Assembly: GCA_021432655.1 (NCBI GenBank)
Contig: MU271291.1
Coordinates: 1 to 64,000 of the forward strand
Reading direction: 5' to 3'
DNA length: 64,000 bases
DNA from: Atractiella rhizophila
Lineage: Eukaryota
In this document: positions 23,070-34,745 of the stretch, piece after piece
How positions within the stretch are numbered: the stretch's first letter is position 1
Layout: each line of letters begins with the position of its first letter
Program-made: the position numbers and the translations under genes
Notes under the pieces: generated by a model
The model's input: the letters and a program-made list of their open reading frames with translations, nothing else
Told to the model about the DNA's origin: nothing
The model's database searches: none

Positions 23070-25059
23070 TTAATTATGTTCCGATGAGGAGGATGACGCC
23101 GTTTGTGGCTGTATTGAAAGGTCGCAACAACGGTTACCAAAGCAAGAAGGATCCACGCATCCGACTTTGCAGACGAGACCGTCTGCGCTCTGTTGGAAAT
23201 GTCAGCAAGCGAGAAGAATAGATGATCGTGGAGACGCACATGGAGCTTCGAAATGTCTTCTGTTGAGAGGTTCATGATGTTTGGTGAGCCAGGGGGAAGG
23301 TGATCGCCCACAATCTCAGGTTGTATTGTTCTATCCGTAACGCAGGTATTTCAATACGTATGTCTGGGAGGAAGGGAAGGAAAATGCGAACGAGCTGTGG
23401 ATGTTATATCGATGCAAGAGTATCCTGATTTGTTTGGAGACCTCTCCGAAGGCGTCAGGGTCGCGAATGAGGACGTGCACGCTAGCGATGAACTTGCTCT
23501 CGCTCAAACTCCAGATATGAAGCTCGTGCACATCTACCACGCAAGGCTAAGGAGGTGGCGGTGGTTAGAAACTAGCTTTCGCAAAGAAGACACGGTGGGA
23601 CGCACAATTTTGAGGATAGCGTCTCGAACTTTTTCAAGTGGGATGTTCGATGGGACTCCTTGGAGAAGGATGAAAGAGGCGGAACGGACGAGGGGAAGAG
23701 TGCTGGAGAATATGATGACGGTGATGACGAGAGAGATGATGGGATCCGATAAATAACTGGGCGAGGAGGTCAGTAGGTTATCGAGATATCCTAAGAGAAC
23801 GGTATCGCACCGGTATTTCCAATCCGTCAACCAGATGATGAGACCTGCAGCAATGACGCCAATGTTTCCCAAAGCATCTCCAAGAACGTGAAGAAAAACG
23901 CCTCGCATGTTCATACTCCCATTTCCGCCTGCATGCCCATGTCCATCACGACCGTGCCCTTGCTCATGCTCCTCGTCATGATCACATTCATCAATGTGCT
24001 CCGGACCGCACTCTCTCCCCTCTTCTAAACTTCTCCCCACATCTCTGGAGCTCCTCACCAAATCTTTCGAGGTTCGAGCTTCCTCTCTAGATCTACTCAT
24101 CGTCCTCGTCCTCTGCGCTTGCCGAATTACATCCTCCCTCAACTGCGACGGATGCTGATACAAGTTATCGATTTGCTGTTCCGTATCGTCATCCGAATCA
24201 GTATCAGATAGCGCAGATCCCGGACGCTCTTCAAGCAGAGGCGTGTTCTCCATCGGCGCATTCGACCCGACGGGCTTGGAGACAACGATGCGGTGTTGCT
24301 TGGAGTTTGAACGGGAGTGGGAATGCGGACGCGAGTGAGAGTGAGAGTGAGAATGGCCGTGAGAGTGTCCGTGCGAATGACCGTGGTCTAGAGATGGAAT
24401 GAATCAGCACGCATTGATCTACCCTAACACCACAGTTCCATAGCACGCATCCCAGTGCTACTTTAAGGTCGACGGAACCCAAACAAATTGCCGATATTGC
24501 ACGAGCGCATTGAAGGCTCGACACAAAACCACCATACTCAAAAGAAAGAAGACGAACCATGGAAAAGCACGAGCCCGACCAAGTTACTCGCCAATCCAGC
24601 GCAGCCAACAACAACGACCAAGAGAGGATTTGAGACCGGTTTGTTCTCCCAAAACCTTTCGAAAGCCTCCAGAAAGATAGAGAAACAGAGGGCGAGGAGA
24701 AAGACGCCATTGATGAGTGCACCGAGGACTTCGGCACGTTGCCAGCCGTACGAATAGCGAGAGGTAGACGAGCGTTGAGCTAGTCGGATGGCGTACAGAG
24801 CGACGATGAGGGAACAGACATCGTTTAGCATCTATGAGATGTTGAGACTGATCTTTGAATAGACATAGAGGAGGAGCAAACATGGAAACTGTCTGCCACC
24901 TGCAGGTCACCGATCCTCAGCACCAGACCCTGCCAAGAGAGCTGAGAGACGAACCAAAGCCAAACTGCCAACTCCATATCCGATGATGAGTTCAAGGAAG
25001 AAGAAGGCTCCATCAATGACGAGAAGTGTCTTGATTTTGGTCTCCCTTGACATTCCCAT
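23070..25059 (-). CDS. Cation diffusion facilitator Zn/Co transporter (Zrc1/Cot1-like)
   Basis: LALVADSFHMLND, YSYGWQRAEVLGALINGVFL, a His-rich loop (HGHSHGHSH), NMRGVFLHVLGDALGNIGVI and VHELHIWSLS. Confidence 0.92.
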
Positions 25060-25366
25060 CTTGTCAAATCGTTGAGCACGCCTTCAAGTTGATTATTGCG
25101 AATTGGCCACTGGAGGTTGTCACCGCGACAGCAGTGTTTTAAACGGGTCCAAGCTGGTCCAGCGGGTGGTTGTGGGTATGGAAGGAGCGGAACGGGACTG
25201 GTGGCTGGCTGCTGGTTTCGATGATTGGACACGGGACGGATGGAGCGGGAAGTCACGACTGATTGCTCATTTCTCCGGACGCGCGGGGTCGCATAACAGT
25301 CGCGGGGAGGCGCAAGCAAGGCAGGCAAGCCACCATCTGCGACAGTACCGTTCCAAGGCTACAACG

Positions 25367-26344
25367 ATGTCCACGAGCAAAGGAGCAGAGAAGAAGGTTG
25401 AGGAATTGATAGAGGATGAAGATATAGATAAGATACTCAATCAAGAAGCCTCGCTTCTGACCCGGGAAGAAGAGGTGTGTTCATGTCTTCTCGTCAGAGC
25501 CTGTTGGTCGGTTGGCTGGTTTGAAGAATGCTAAATAGACTCTGCGTGGGATAGATGAATCGGATACATAGAGCTTTCAAAATGAATCCATATGAGATTC
25601 TAGGACTCGATATGCTCACAGCAACAGCAGAGGACATCCGTTCGTCATCCTTCCTCTCTTCCTCCTAATGAAACTCATGGACATGCCTCTGTTTCTCTGT
25701 GGTCTGCAGGAAAGACTTATCGTCGGCGCTCGCTCCTCATCCATCCCGACAAGTTCAAAGGCGGCCAGCGAGGAATCGACGCCTTCGACATGCTGAAGAA
25801 GGCTGAAGCTGAGCTCTCGGACGCGAAGAAGAAGGAAGTACTCGACCAGACTATCAAGGATGCTCGGATGCTCGTACTCCGTAATATGAAACCTCCTCTG
25901 CCTCAAGAGACACCGGATGATCATCCGAGGTTGAAGAGTCTTGACCCGCCACTGAGTGAAATGGTCAGAATGAAGACGAAGGAGTTGTTGATTGATGAGG
26001 AGCTGCGTCGACGCCGGTAAGGTCTACCTTCTCCATTGCCTCACTCTCTTGTAGGACCGTCTGCTGATTCTGCCTGGCTGTGGTGTTGATAGGGTCAAGA
26101 AGATGACGATGATTGCTGAAGGCGCAGAAGCGAAGAAGAAGGAAGATGAGGTTGTGGCGCGCAAGCGGAAAGCAGAGGAAGACAAGGCATGGGAAGGTGA
26201 GTCTTCATTTGTGCATCTATTCTCATGTGGCACCATCCTAACGATCTTGATGGGGTAGATTCAAGGGAGGACCGCGTGAGCGATTGGAGGAGCTTCCAAA
26301 CTGGAGGAAAGAAGAAGAAGAAGAAGCTGAATGTCCTTGGCTGA
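25367..26344 (+). CDS. DnaJ-domain protein DNAJC8/Spf31-like
   Basis: AFKMNPYEILGL..YRRRSLLIHPDK J-domain, KELLIDEELRRR, and WEDSREDRVSDWRSFQTGGKKKKK..VLG*. Confidence 0.88.
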
Positions 26345-26902
26345 TGCGTGTCTGTCTGTCCTCCTCAACTCTTTCGCTTCTCGTTTTTTCGCGCAACTAG
26401 TTGCAGTATTCGCACTTGTACAATCTGAAATACGATGTAGACTGTCAAAAGTTGGCCACGCCGGCGCAAGAACGGGAAGGGATCATAACCTTCCTGCTTC
26501 GTCCCTTTCTTCCGAGTCGTCAAAACATCAGGTCTCTTCTTTAGCTGCTCCACCCGAAGGTGGCAGCATGTGGTTAGTTCCACAACTCTTCATCTCTCCA
26601 ATGCTTCTCTCACGCTGATTTCGACACAGGCTCGCATTTCTCGACCATCTGCACCCTTGCCACACTATCCCGGCAGGCCTGGTGGGCTTTACCACAAACG
26701 CTTACGCAACGTGAGATCCACCAAAGTGGCACCTTTCGCAGCAATTCCTGCTTGTGTTGGGGATAGAGAGCAGACGGAAGAATTGTGCAATGTGCCCGTA
26801 GGCTCCTGCGCATCGGACTGGCCATCGGTTGGATGGATTCTTCGACCGACGACCACCGACCTTTAGTATGTGTAGCATGCCAATCCACTCGGAACAAGAC
26901 AG

Positions 26903-26973
26903 TCTCAGATGGTCCAATGGTAGGATACCTACTTGTCTTGCAGGTGGTAGAGGTTCAATTCCTCTTCTGAGAG
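26903..26973 (+). tRNA. tRNA-Asp(GTC), atypical (possibly pseudo-tRNA)
   Basis: Acceptor TCTCAGA/TCTGAGA+G, D arm GTCC/GGAT, anticodon loop TT-GTC-TT, T arm AGAGG-TTCAATT-CCTCT, with a downstream T-run at ~26985-26994. Confidence 0.75.
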
Positions 26974-26984
26974 TAAAAAATATA

Positions 26985-26994
26985 ATTTTTTTTT
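26985..26994 (+). terminator. Pol III oligo-dT terminator of the tRNA
   Basis: A run of ~10 T starts ~12 nt after the tRNA 3' end. Confidence 0.6.
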
Positions 26995-27366
26995 GCACAG
27001 CTCGATTTTCCCCCCGAATGTCGTAGTCCAGAGGGAATATTGGGCCTCGCCTCCACATTATGGTCCCTGATTCTGGTTTTCAAGAACATGTTGTCCACTG
27101 CAATTGACAGCATGATGAGAGGGCTCACTTGGTCTTTGCCAGTGCTTCAACTTGAAGGTTGGACGGACGACAGGATTTTGTTCTGTGAGAATTTACGATC
27201 AAGAGTAAAATATTTGAGAATGTAGTATTCAAGCTGCATGTGAGAGAAGATAAAGGAGAAGATAAGAGTCCGCACGAATTTGCAGGTAGACGTGAGAGGT
27301 GAAGCGCGTGAAGAATCACGTGGACACGGGGTTGTTGAGGTGAGGTGAGGAAAGTATCAGCATTCG

Positions 27367-27377
27367 ACGCGACGCGT
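27367..27377. promoter_or_regulatory. Tandem MCB-like (ACGCG/ACGCGT) cell-cycle element upstream of RMI1
   Basis: ACGCGACGCGT lies ~30 nt before the ATG. It is identical in the second copy (30497-30507) although nearby sequence differs. Confidence 0.5.
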
Positions 27378-27408
27378 CAAAACGACTTTCACGACGAGCG
27401 CAATTTCA

Positions 27409-28647
27409 ATGACGAGCACGAGCGCATCCATGCAAGCGGTCATAAAATGGTTTGCTTCAAAATATCCCAACTTTGCATTCCATCCCGAATGGTATCGTTG
27501 CCTTCACTCCCCGCCATCCTCCTTATTCTGAATGTGCCTTCCGAGCAGGATTGAAGGCTGCGTGGACTTTATTCAAGTATGCCGCTTGTTTACTGCACCC
27601 ATGCGACATGGGGAGCTAATCCAGGCTGGTATTCAAGTCGCAAGGCTGCTCTTCGAACCCAGAACTCATCAAACGAGTTCACCATGAGCTGCTCTCTGAT
27701 GACCTAGCAAAGACGGTCTCTCCCTCTCCAAGCCACCTCGCACACGCGAACAAACTCCTCCCCCCTCCGTCACCGACGACGTGCGTGCTCAACTCGAAGC
27801 TGTTGCTGCAAATCAACGAGATCGTCGAGATCGGTCATCCCGCTCTTTCCATGCTCGAGGTGGCGAATGAGAGGAGGGAGGAGGAGGAGGAGATGAGGAA
27901 GCGCGCGGATGGTGGGATGATGGAGGTTGGAGCGGTGACGAAGAGGTTTCCGAGACAAATGTTGAAGTTTCGACTCGGGGACGGACTCAAAGAGGTGAAG
28001 GCTATCGAGTATGAACGGATTGATGAACTTGAGCTGGGCGATGCGAAAGTGGGGATGAAGGTCCGTGCTACTCTCACGTCTTCTTTCCACGATTCTCCCT
28101 CTGAATAGTTATGGATTGGAATTAGCTACTCGTCACTGGCGCGATGTACAAAAACGGCATCCTCTTCCTCACTCCCAAAAACACCAAAGTTGTTGGGGGC
28201 GGAATAAAAGAATGGGACTCCGATCAATTACTACGTCAAGCGCTGGAGGCACGTCTGGAAGCTGCAAGGCATGCGCCGACCACTGATGTGGAAGCTGAGG
28301 AAGAAACTAAGAAGAAGAAGCGTGTCGCACCGCGGAAGAAGAGCACAGTGAAAGCCAGGGATGGGGAAGGTGGACAACCGAAAAGGATGACGCAGGGGAA
28401 GAAGAAAGCTGCAGTTCAGCGCAGGGACAGCGATGTGACTGGCTGGATGGAGGAGGAGATGGTCATTCTCGACTCTGATAGAGCTCAAGTTCAACAGACT
28501 GAGGTGGTGGAGAAAAAGGCGGAAGAAGACTATGAGATGGATGAGTGGGATGATGCCCAGCTGGAGGAAGTTGATATGATCCTCTCGCAGACTGCGAGTC
28601 AAAAGACGAAAAAGACTCAGAACGTCATCCTTCTTGACAGTGACTGA
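27409..28647 (+). CDS. RMI1: RMI1-like protein (RecQ-mediated genome instability, N-terminal OB fold), copy A
   Basis: HPEW|IEGCVDFI, ELLSDDL, LLLQINEIVEIG, PRQMLKFRLGDGLKEVKAIEYERI..GMK|LLV..GILFLTPKNTKVVGG. Confidence 0.82.
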
Positions 28648-28722
28648 TTCTGCTCTCCCTGTACAGATCTGTGGCAACTTTGCAAGAGCCTGTTGTAACC
28701 ATAATCAATACAACAATAAGTC

Positions 28723-30258
28723 CTACTTCCTTCCTTGCGCCGCAACGGCAGCCGCCGTCCGCTTTTGGATCAGCTCAACTTGTCCCCTTTGCTCCCACAC
28801 CATCGCAGCTTCCTCAATCCACTGTCCCTCCGTCCAAGTCTCATCCTTCTCCCACCTCCTCCTCTCATGTTCGTCTCCTCCAGCCGGCAACGAAACCTCC
28901 GCGCGAGTGGTGCCTTCGATCAAACGTCCCAAATCGAAGGCTTGGCTATTCATCCAAGTTTGTAAAAAGGTGATGGGTGACAGGGCAAAGTAGGCGTAGA
29001 ACTCGCGACGGGTGGCATGGGAGCGAAGAGATGTGTAGAGAGAGGAGAGGTGCGAGTCGGCACGGATGATAGCTTGGATAGATGGGGAGGATAGGTCGAG
29101 CGCTGACAAGCAGCGACCGAGGAGTGTGGTCAGTGGTGAAGGGACAGCGATGGGAATTGTAAATGTGCGTTTACGCTGCGCGCAGCTTTCAGAGAGACTG
29201 AGCATGTCAAGTCAATTATGGCTCTTGGAAAGCTGTAGGCCATAGAGAACAACTCACTCAATCGTATATTCGATAGTCACGGGGTCCAATGGAAGTAGGT
29301 GCCGCACAACTATATCACCTATCTGGCCAAACTGCACCTTCTCTGCCCCATTGCAGATCTGATTGATGACCCAAATCAGTATCCGCAGGCTGATAAATAG
29401 ATCGAAAGACGTACAGCTTTCAGCGCATCGTCGCACCTCACCAATCTCTTGTCCTCGGCATCATGCAGGCCCTTCTTCTTGATATAACTCCAAAGACCCA
29501 TGACACATCTCTCCCTCGTCCCTTCATTCACCATCACAATGCTCGATAAGGGTTGACGAACTTTGAACCGCTCTGGCGAGTGGTTAATGGAAATAGAAAT
29601 GCGTGCGTGGAGGGAGGACGAGGAAGCCCTTCGAATGGTGAATCCGCTTGTGGCCGCACTAGAACTTGGGTTCCACTATAACCCGTGATTAGTTTCTTCA
29701 GGTTAGAAGAGAAGACGTACCTCGGCTGTATTTGAATCCGTATGTAAATTCTCATCTCTATCCAATAACTCTACCTTGAGGCCCTTGATAAACTCAGTAA
29801 ATTTCTTCTCTCCAATTTCGTCCTCTTCATCCTCCAGCCTCTCCTCCTCCTTGAGCGGCAAAAGCTTTCCAGAAATTCTGAGGTCGAACCCTGGGATCCC
29901 CGTTTCCTTCTCAAAGTCTGGCGGCTGGATAACCTCTTCTGTAGTCCCGTCTAGGGAGATATCATTGGCGCCTGCTTTTTGAGCTGCCTCTGTCGAGGCC
30001 TTCAAGACTTGCCATGCTTGAAAGCGCGGTTCGTGCTCGATGTCCACTTTCAGAAGTCGTTCGCACTTCACACAACCAAATGTCACAACGTGCGCCAATT
30101 GCAAACCCAAGGAATAGAAATGATAACGCACAGAATGATCCTTCGTGTGTTGATCCTGCAGCTCTAACCTCTTTCGCGATATCTGCCAATCCATCCTCTT
30201 CTCTAACACTCTCAACCGCTCATGCACGTCTCCAAGTCCCTTCAGAACATCCGTGCTC

Positions 30259-30260
<2 letters not shown>
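28723..30260 (-). pseudogene. 5'-truncated copy of the SMARCD/Snf12 gene (probable allelic haplotype copy)
   Basis: Colinear with 31868-33406. It lacks the N-terminal exons and is cut at the poly-A junction. Confidence 0.7.

Positions 30261-30305
<45 letters not shown>
30261..30305. other. 45-nt poly-A run at the duplication junction (possible filled scaffold gap)
   Basis: Pure A45 lies exactly between the end of unit 1 and the start of unit 2, with no counterpart at either outer boundary. Confidence 0.7.
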
Positions 30306-30309
<4 letters not shown>

Positions 30310-30537
30310 GTTCTGTGAGAATTTACGATCAAGAGTAAAATATTTGAGAATGTAGTATTCAAGCTGCATGTGAGAGAAGATAAAGGAGAAGATAAGAGTC
30401 ACCACCAATTGCAGGTAGACGTGAGAGGTGAAGCGCGTGAAAAATCACGTGGACACGGGGTTGTTGAGGTGAGGTGAGGAAAGGTATCAGCATTCGACGC
30501 GACGCGTCAAAACGCTTTCAAGACAGGCGCAATATCA

Positions 30538-31796
30538 ATGACGAGCACGAGCGCATCCATGCAAGCGGTTATAAAATGGTTTGCTTCAAAATATCCCAAC
30601 TTTGCATTCCATCCCGAATGGTATCGTTGCCTTCACTTCCCGCCATCCTCCTTATTCTGAATGCCTTCCGCGCAGGATTGAAGGTTGCGTGGACTTTATT
30701 CAAGTACGCCTCTTGCCCTACTGCAACCATGCGACACGGGGAGCTGATCCACGCTGGTGTTCAAGTCGCAAGGCTGCTCATCGAACCCAGAACTCATCAA
30801 ACGAGTGCACCATGAGCTGCTCTCTGACGACCTCGCAAAGACGGTCTCTCCCTCTCCAAGTCACCTCGCACACGCGAACAAACTCCTCCCCCCTCCGTCA
30901 CCGACGACGTGCGTGCTCAACTCGAAGCTGCTGCTACAAATCAACGAGATCGTCGAGATCGGCCATCCCGCTCTTTCCATGCTCGAGGCGGCGAATGAGA
31001 GAAGGGAGGAGGAGGAGGAGATGAGGAAGCGCGCGGATGGAGGGATGATGGAGGTCGGAGCGGTGACGAAGAGGTTTCCGAGACAAATGTTGAAGTTTCG
31101 ACTTGGGGATGGACTCAAAGAGGTGAAGGCTATCGAGTACGAACGGATTGATGAGCTTGAGCTGGGCGATGCGAAAGTGGGGATGAAGGTCCGTTCTACT
31201 CTCACGTCTTCTTTTCACGATTATCACTCTGAATAGTTATGGAATGGAATTAGCTACTCGTCACTGGCGCGATGTACAAAAACGGCATCCTCTTCCTCAC
31301 TCCAAAAAACACCAAAGTGGTTGGGGGCGGAATAAAAGAATGGGACTCCGACCAATTACTACGTCAAGCGCTGGAAGCACGTCTCGAAGCCGCAAGACAC
31401 GCACCCGCCACTGATGTGGAAGCGGAGGAAGAAGCCAAGAAGAAGAAGCGTGCCGCCCCGCGGAAGAAGAGCACAGTGAAAGCCAGGGATGGGGAAGCTG
31501 GACAGGCAGGCGATATTGAGGAACAACCGAAAAGAGCGGCGCGGGGGAAGAAGAAAGCTGCAGTTCAGCGCAGGGACAGCGATGTGACTGGCTGGATGGA
31601 GGAGGAGATGGTCATTCTCGACTCTGATAGAGCTCAAGTTCAACAGACTGAGGTGGTGGAGAAAAAGGCGGAAGAAGACTATGAGATGGATGAGTGGGAT
31701 GATGCCCAGCTGGAGGAAGTTGATATGATCCTCTCGCAGACTGCGAGTCAAAAGACGAAAAAGACTCAGAACGTCATCCTTCTTGACAGTGACTGA
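30538..31796 (+). CDS. RMI1: RMI1-like protein, copy B
   Basis: Same exon structure as copy A, with a few amino-acid changes and 7 extra residues in the disordered tail. Confidence 0.82.
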
Positions 31797-31867
31797 TTCT
31801 GCTCTGTACAGATCTGTGGCAACTTTGCAAGAGCCTGTTGTAACCATAATCAATACAACAATAAGTC

Positions 31868-33827
31868 CTACTTCCTTCCTTGCGCCGCAACGGCAGCCGC
31901 CGTCCGCTTTTGGATCAGCTCAACTTGTCCCCTTTGCTCCCACACCATCGCAGCTTCCTCAATCCACTGACCCTCCGTCCAAGTCTCATCCTTCTCGAAC
32001 CTCCTCCTCTCATGTTCGTCTCCTCCAGCCGGCAACGAAACCTCCGCGCGAGTGGTGCCTTCGATCAAACGTCCCAAATCGAAGGCTTGGCTATTCATCC
32101 AAGTTTGCAAAAAGGTGATGGGCGACAGGGCAAAGTAGGCGTAGAACTCGCGACGGGTGGCATGGGAGCGAAGAGATGTGTACAGAGAGGAGAGGTGCGA
32201 GTCGGCACGGATGATGGCTTGGATAGAGGGGGAGGATAGGTCGAGCGCTGACAAGCAGCGACCGAGGAGTGTGGTCAGTGGTGAAGGGACAGCGATGGGG
32301 ATTGTAAATGTGCGTTTGCGCTGCGCGCAGCTTTCAGAAAGGCTGAACGTATTGGGTCAATTATGGCTCTTAAAAAGCTGTAGGTCATAGAGAACAACTC
32401 ACTCAATCGTATATTCGATAGTCACGGGGTCCAATGGCAATAGGTGCCGCACAACTATATCACCTATTTGGCCAAACTGCACCTTCTCTGCTCCATTGCA
32501 GATCTGGTCAATGACCCAAAATCAGTATCCGCAGGCTGATAAACATATCGAAAGACGTACAGCTTTTAGCGCATCATCGCACCTCACCAATCTCTTGTCC
32601 TCGGCATCATGTAGGCCCTTCTTCTTGATATAACTCCAAAGACCCATGACACATCTCTCCCTCGTCCCTTCATTCACCATGACGATGCTCGATAACGGTT
32701 GACGAACTTTGAACCGCTCTGGCGAGTGGTTAATGGAAATAGAAATGCGTGCGTGGAGGGAGGACGAGGAGGCTCGTCGAATGGTGAATCCGCTTGTGGC
32801 CGCACTAGAACTTGGGTTCCACTATAACCCGCAATCAGTTTCATCAGGTTAGAAGAGAAGACGTGCCTCGGCTGTATTTGAATCGGTATGCAAATTCTCA
32901 TCTCTATCCAATAACTCTACCTTGAGGCCCTTAATAAACTCAGTAAATTTCTTCTCTCCAATTTCGTCCTCTTCATCATCCAGCCTCTCCTCCTCCTTGA
33001 GCGGCAAAAGCTTTCCAGAAATTCTGAGATCGAATCCTGGGATCCCCGTTTCCTTCTCAAAGTCTGGCGGCTGGATAACCTCTTCTGTAGTCCCGTCCAA
33101 GGAGATATCGTTGGCGCCGGCTTTTTGGGCTGCCTCTGTCGAAGCCTTCAAGACTTGCCATGCTTGAAAGCGCGGCTCGTGCTCGATGTCCACTTTCAGA
33201 AGTCGTTCGCACTTCACACAACCAAATGTCACAACGTGCGCCAATTGCAAACCCAAGGAATAGAAATGATAACGCACAGAATGATCCTTCGTGTGTTGAT
33301 CCTGCAGCTCTAACCTCTTTCGCGATATCTGCCAATCCATCCTCTTCTCTAGAACTCTCAACCGCTCATGCACGTCTCCAAGTCCCTTCAGAACATCCGT
33401 GCTCCTCTTGACACCTTCGTACAGCGCAGAATCCTTCGCGCTTTTCGGAAGGTTCTCTTCTCTCAGAAATGTAGGTAAATCAAACGTGGGCAGAGTCTTG
33501 TCTACCGGCTTCCTCCTCCTGCATACACAAATGTATCAGAATGCATGACCAAAAGTAAAGTAGAGCAAAGGACTTTGCAGCGCGCAACGCCTCCTCCGCC
33601 TGGTTCTGGAGCTGTGGCAGCAGACCACTATTTGGCGGGACGAGGCCCTCCCTGTCGCGGTTGGAAGCGTTGCGGTCGCGTTTCTTGGACATTTGCGGCT
33701 GAGGGACCTGCTGGAGCTGGGAGGGGAGTCGATGGAGCTGTGGCGGGACGGGATACTGGGGAGCGTATACTGCAGTCGGCGCGAGGCTTGGGTAGCCTGC
33801 AGGTGCACGTGGTGGGTAGTGAGCCAT
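31868..33827 (-). CDS. SWI/SNF-RSC subunit SMARCD/BAF60/Snf12/Ssr3 (SWIB domain)
   Basis: MAHYPP.., LRVLEKRMDWQISRKRLELQD, FDLRISGKLL, KFTEFIKGLKVEL, MGLWSYIKKKGLHDAEDKRLVRCDDALK, HLLPLDPVTIEYTI and FLQTWMNSQAFDL. Confidence 0.88.
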
Positions 33828-33955
33828 GATACCGATCGACGTTTGATTCCTACTTTCGTTGTCTTGCTGCTCTTGTCTAAGCTTTTTCCTCTTTTGGAAC
33901 TTTGCGATATTGCGAATTGTGTTCTTCCGCCCGCCTTTGGCAGACGAACCACACA

Positions 33956-34675
33956 ATGGCTTCTCGCTGGGCTCTGGACTATTCTTCCGTCAAGTAGGTA
34001 CCTATTTGCCAGGTACCTGGCTATACTGACAGGTTGCTCGAAGGCCGTCGCTGGCGCTTCCCGATCCTCCATGCGTTCCACCAAAATCCAGAGCACTTAA
34101 TAGAGGCTCAAAGTCCTCAGCAGTAGCAGTGCGAGACCCTGAGACCATAGCACGGCTGCGACAGAAGAAGGAATGGGACGTCGCGTTGAGTCCGGCGAAG
34201 AACATCCCAATGCAGGGGTTCATGATGTACATGTCGGGAAACTCGATTCAGATTTACAGCTTGTTCATGCTTTATATGCTGTTCAAGAATGTTATTGGTG
34301 GTGTCATGGGCGTCAATAAGAGTGTGTCGTTCTCCCTTTGCCTTGTTCATGGTGGAAGGAAGTGGTGACGTGTGAGGTAAACAGCTTTTCAGCCGCTTGC
34401 TGCACCGATACATGCTCCAGGCTCGAAGGGCACACCACAACCTACACAATCATTGCTTCCCCAAAAGGCAATGTTCGTGATTTGCCAACTGCTCTTAGTC
34501 GGTGTGGGATTCTACAAGGCCAATTCGATGGGACTTTTACCGTCACGGGAAGACTTCTCTTCAAAGTGGGACAGCATGCAAGTGGTACGTGTTCTCTCTA
34601 GTTGGGGAATGTGAACAACGTCGGCTAATGGTGGGTATAAATTAGCATCCATTTTATTCCCCTGAGCTATCATGA
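33956..34675 (+). CDS. EMC4: ER membrane protein complex subunit 4
   Basis: LRQKKEWDVALSPAKNIPMQGFMMYMSGNSIQIYS and GFYKANSMGLLPS. The 3' end is approximate. Confidence 0.85.
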
Positions 34676-34745
34676 TTCGATCCAGTGCAAAGCTCTCATA
34701 ATTCGATTTTTGTACTAATCATGGGAATATTTCCCTTTACCCCTT

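Larger units (their letters stand above)
27175..33406. repeat. Tandem ~3.1-kb duplication (27175-30260 / 30305-33406) joined by a 45-nt A run
   Basis: Both units begin attttgttctgtgagaatttacgatc and end cagaacatccgtgctcct. Substitutions and small indels are scattered between them. Confidence 0.95.

Noticed and set aside
24386..24556. Longer CDF-transporter intron as a snoRNA host
   Set aside because: It has one modest hairpin but no convincing C/D or H/ACA box pair.
30261..30305. Poly-A as the tail of a retrotransposon or retrogene
   Set aside because: The flanking genes keep their introns, there is no target-site duplication or RT ORF, and the run sits exactly at a repeat junction.
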